From NCBI RefSeq assembly GCF_000760515.2, contig NW_013546700.1, positions 52,832 through 72,831 of the forward strand: 20,000 nucleotides of DNA. Direction: 5' to 3'. The position numbers were made by a program, and so were the translations under genes. Positions 18,319 to 20,000 of this stretch are shown one piece after another (the first letter of the stretch is position 1; every line of letters starts with the position of its first letter). The notes under the pieces are model-generated. The model was not told where the DNA came from. It saw only the letters and a list, made by a program, of their open reading frames with translations, and did not search any database. This DNA comes from Mitosporidium daphniae (Eukaryota).

Positions 18319-19608
18319 TTATTTCAAGTTGGCTACTTGCAGCTCAATAAATTTTGCATACCCTCCATTGAGGGAATGAAGCAGTTCCAGCTCAACTTTA
18401 GCACCAGAGTGCAGCATAGAGTACAAGATTTCGCTTTTGATCAGAAAGATGCCTTACATCATCGAATACTCTGATACGGAAAACGAAAACTCGAGCAACA
18501 TTAAAAGCTTTTTATAATCTCTTTTTGAAAGAGACATAAACATGTAGTCAAGGTTGTCTAGCTCTTTTGAAATTTCTTGAGCTTNATTGATGGATAAACC
18601 TAGAAGCTGAATAGAGCTGATCACGCTAGAATCGGACTCGTAACTAAGATTCTTCTATTAATGGCGATATCAAACCCTAGAACCATATTTGTAAACATAA
18701 TATATGTCCATCCCATATGGATCGCAATCAAAAAGACCAAATATCGGAATATTTGGATATTTTAAGGATAAAAGCCTTAAAAACTGCCTAGTCGATACGC
18801 AAGGATACCCTTTTCCTGTAATGGCCACAAAGTTCCCCACAGATCGTTTAATAACAGAACTGCAATCAACAATGCTTCTAAAAACAGATTCTTTTTCAAT
18901 CAATAAAACAAAACAGACATTTTTCAAGTAAAAGTTTGCAATGCAACTGACTGTTGGGATAAAGAGCGGCTGAGAATCACACTTCAAATCGGTGTTATTA
19001 CGCAAAGTAAAGTGGAGATCGCCAAAAACAAGCCCCTTCGGGCTACTGATCTATTTGACAAGATCGCACCAGAGACTTACAATGTGAAGATCTTCCCTTG
19101 AAACGCCCAGGCTACATGCAATGTCGTCAATTGCATCATAAGCCATACTCGGTCTCTCAAATAGAGGCACATTTCTATAGAACACGTCTCTTGGAAGGTC
19201 AAAGAAAAGACAAACCTTTTTGTCGCAAACTGGCTGTTCTCTATCAATTCGACTNCAATAACGAGAATCTGGATAATGGCCACTAAAAGATAAAACCAAG
19301 CCAATACAATAATGTTTCATTTGATTTTTGGGACCGTAGCATACCCTCTTATAGATAGGAGGCTTCAAAAGAGTAAATTTGCGACCGGTAAAATCAAATC
19401 TAGTGCTGACTTGGACTGATTATCTACATTAACGAACGTTTCCTGTCTGTTAAGATTAAAGGCAAAGGGATGCATCCATTTAGCATGGCATATTCAACAT
19501 GCCTTAACATAGCCAAGAGGTTATCATAGACGCTAAATAAGGGGAAAGCACATACTTCAAATGCTCTGCTTTATTCATCTGCTTTAGAAAAAATTGGAAA
19601 TTCATCAT
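18319..19608 (-). CDS. SPO11: Meiotic transesterase Spo11; introns 19533-19555, ~19416-19437, 19283-19307, 19190-19215, 19051-19080, 18655(or 18652)-18675, 18434-18457; start at 19608/19605 or 19578
   Basis: Spliced ATKR-DVFYRN (catalytic Tyr), IDDIACSLGVSREDLHI-ISSPKGLVFG, TOPRIM IEKESVF, TGKGYP, DCDPYG (DxD), YKYGS and KVELE near the C-terminus. The N-terminal exon boundaries are less certain. Confidence 0.92.
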
Positions 19609-20000
19609 GCATTTTCCGCTGAAGTATCTCANCATTTTCACAAGTTGAAGCTATTTTTAGGGTAAGAGTGATGACTTTTGGTAAATTTTGAATGCAAAAC
19701 ATATTGGCGGTCGGTGGTCAAGNCAAGTGTCGCTGTTGTCTGGTCATTTTATCTTTATTGTAATGTGTGCCTGTCCACAGTTATAGTTACCGCGATAAGG
19801 TTAGGGGGTTCGTCTCCTTCATCACTGGGGGATCCAGCAATATGACTCGCATTAACAGAATCGATGATGAAGAAAAGCGGCATGCATCATGTCCCATGTC
19901 TTGGGTGTCTGTTGTTGCCTATATTTTGTAAAGAAACACTCTCTGAAAAGGCGAAAATTCATGCTCTATTGTTAAAAAAGCTGTGGCTGACATTTATGCT

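Noticed and set aside
19799..19806. GGTTAGGG as a telomere repeat or telomerase template
   Set aside because: A single 8-nt match is expected by chance in 20 kb; no tandem array or supporting structure.

Overview
Very compact, intron-rich eukaryotic genomic DNA. It looks fungal/opisthokont; the gene packing, 21-37 nt introns and AAATTT start-proximal motifs resemble early-branching microsporidia/Rozellomycota, but the lineage is an inference. After manually splicing about 31 introns I resolve 13 protein-coding genes: 3' end of Vps1 dynamin, an HD-domain hydrolase, ferredoxin Yah1, dolichyl-pyrophosphatase Cax4, a Vps55-like protein, cysteine desulfurase Nfs1, eIF5B, Pds5, Pcf11, threonyl-tRNA synthetase, Arl1, a metal-ligand-deficient SOD-fold protein (mitoribosomal mS42/Rsm26-like) and Spo11. 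No mobile elements, CRISPR, rRNA or tRNA were seen. Main leads: (1) a stop-free, acid-free upstream extension of ThrRS starting at TTG, a possible non-AUG mitochondrial isoform; (2) an unannotated Cys-rich small ORF with Dre2-like CX2CX7CX2C spacing, or a structured RNA, in the largest intergenic gap, between Yah1 and Nfs1; (3) a probable GG-AG intron in Pds5 and a GC-AG intron in Arl1; (4) a Pcf11 intron that is almost entirely a hairpin over its 5' splice site; (5) one outlier 101-nt eIF5B intron containing a nested mini-intron-like unit.
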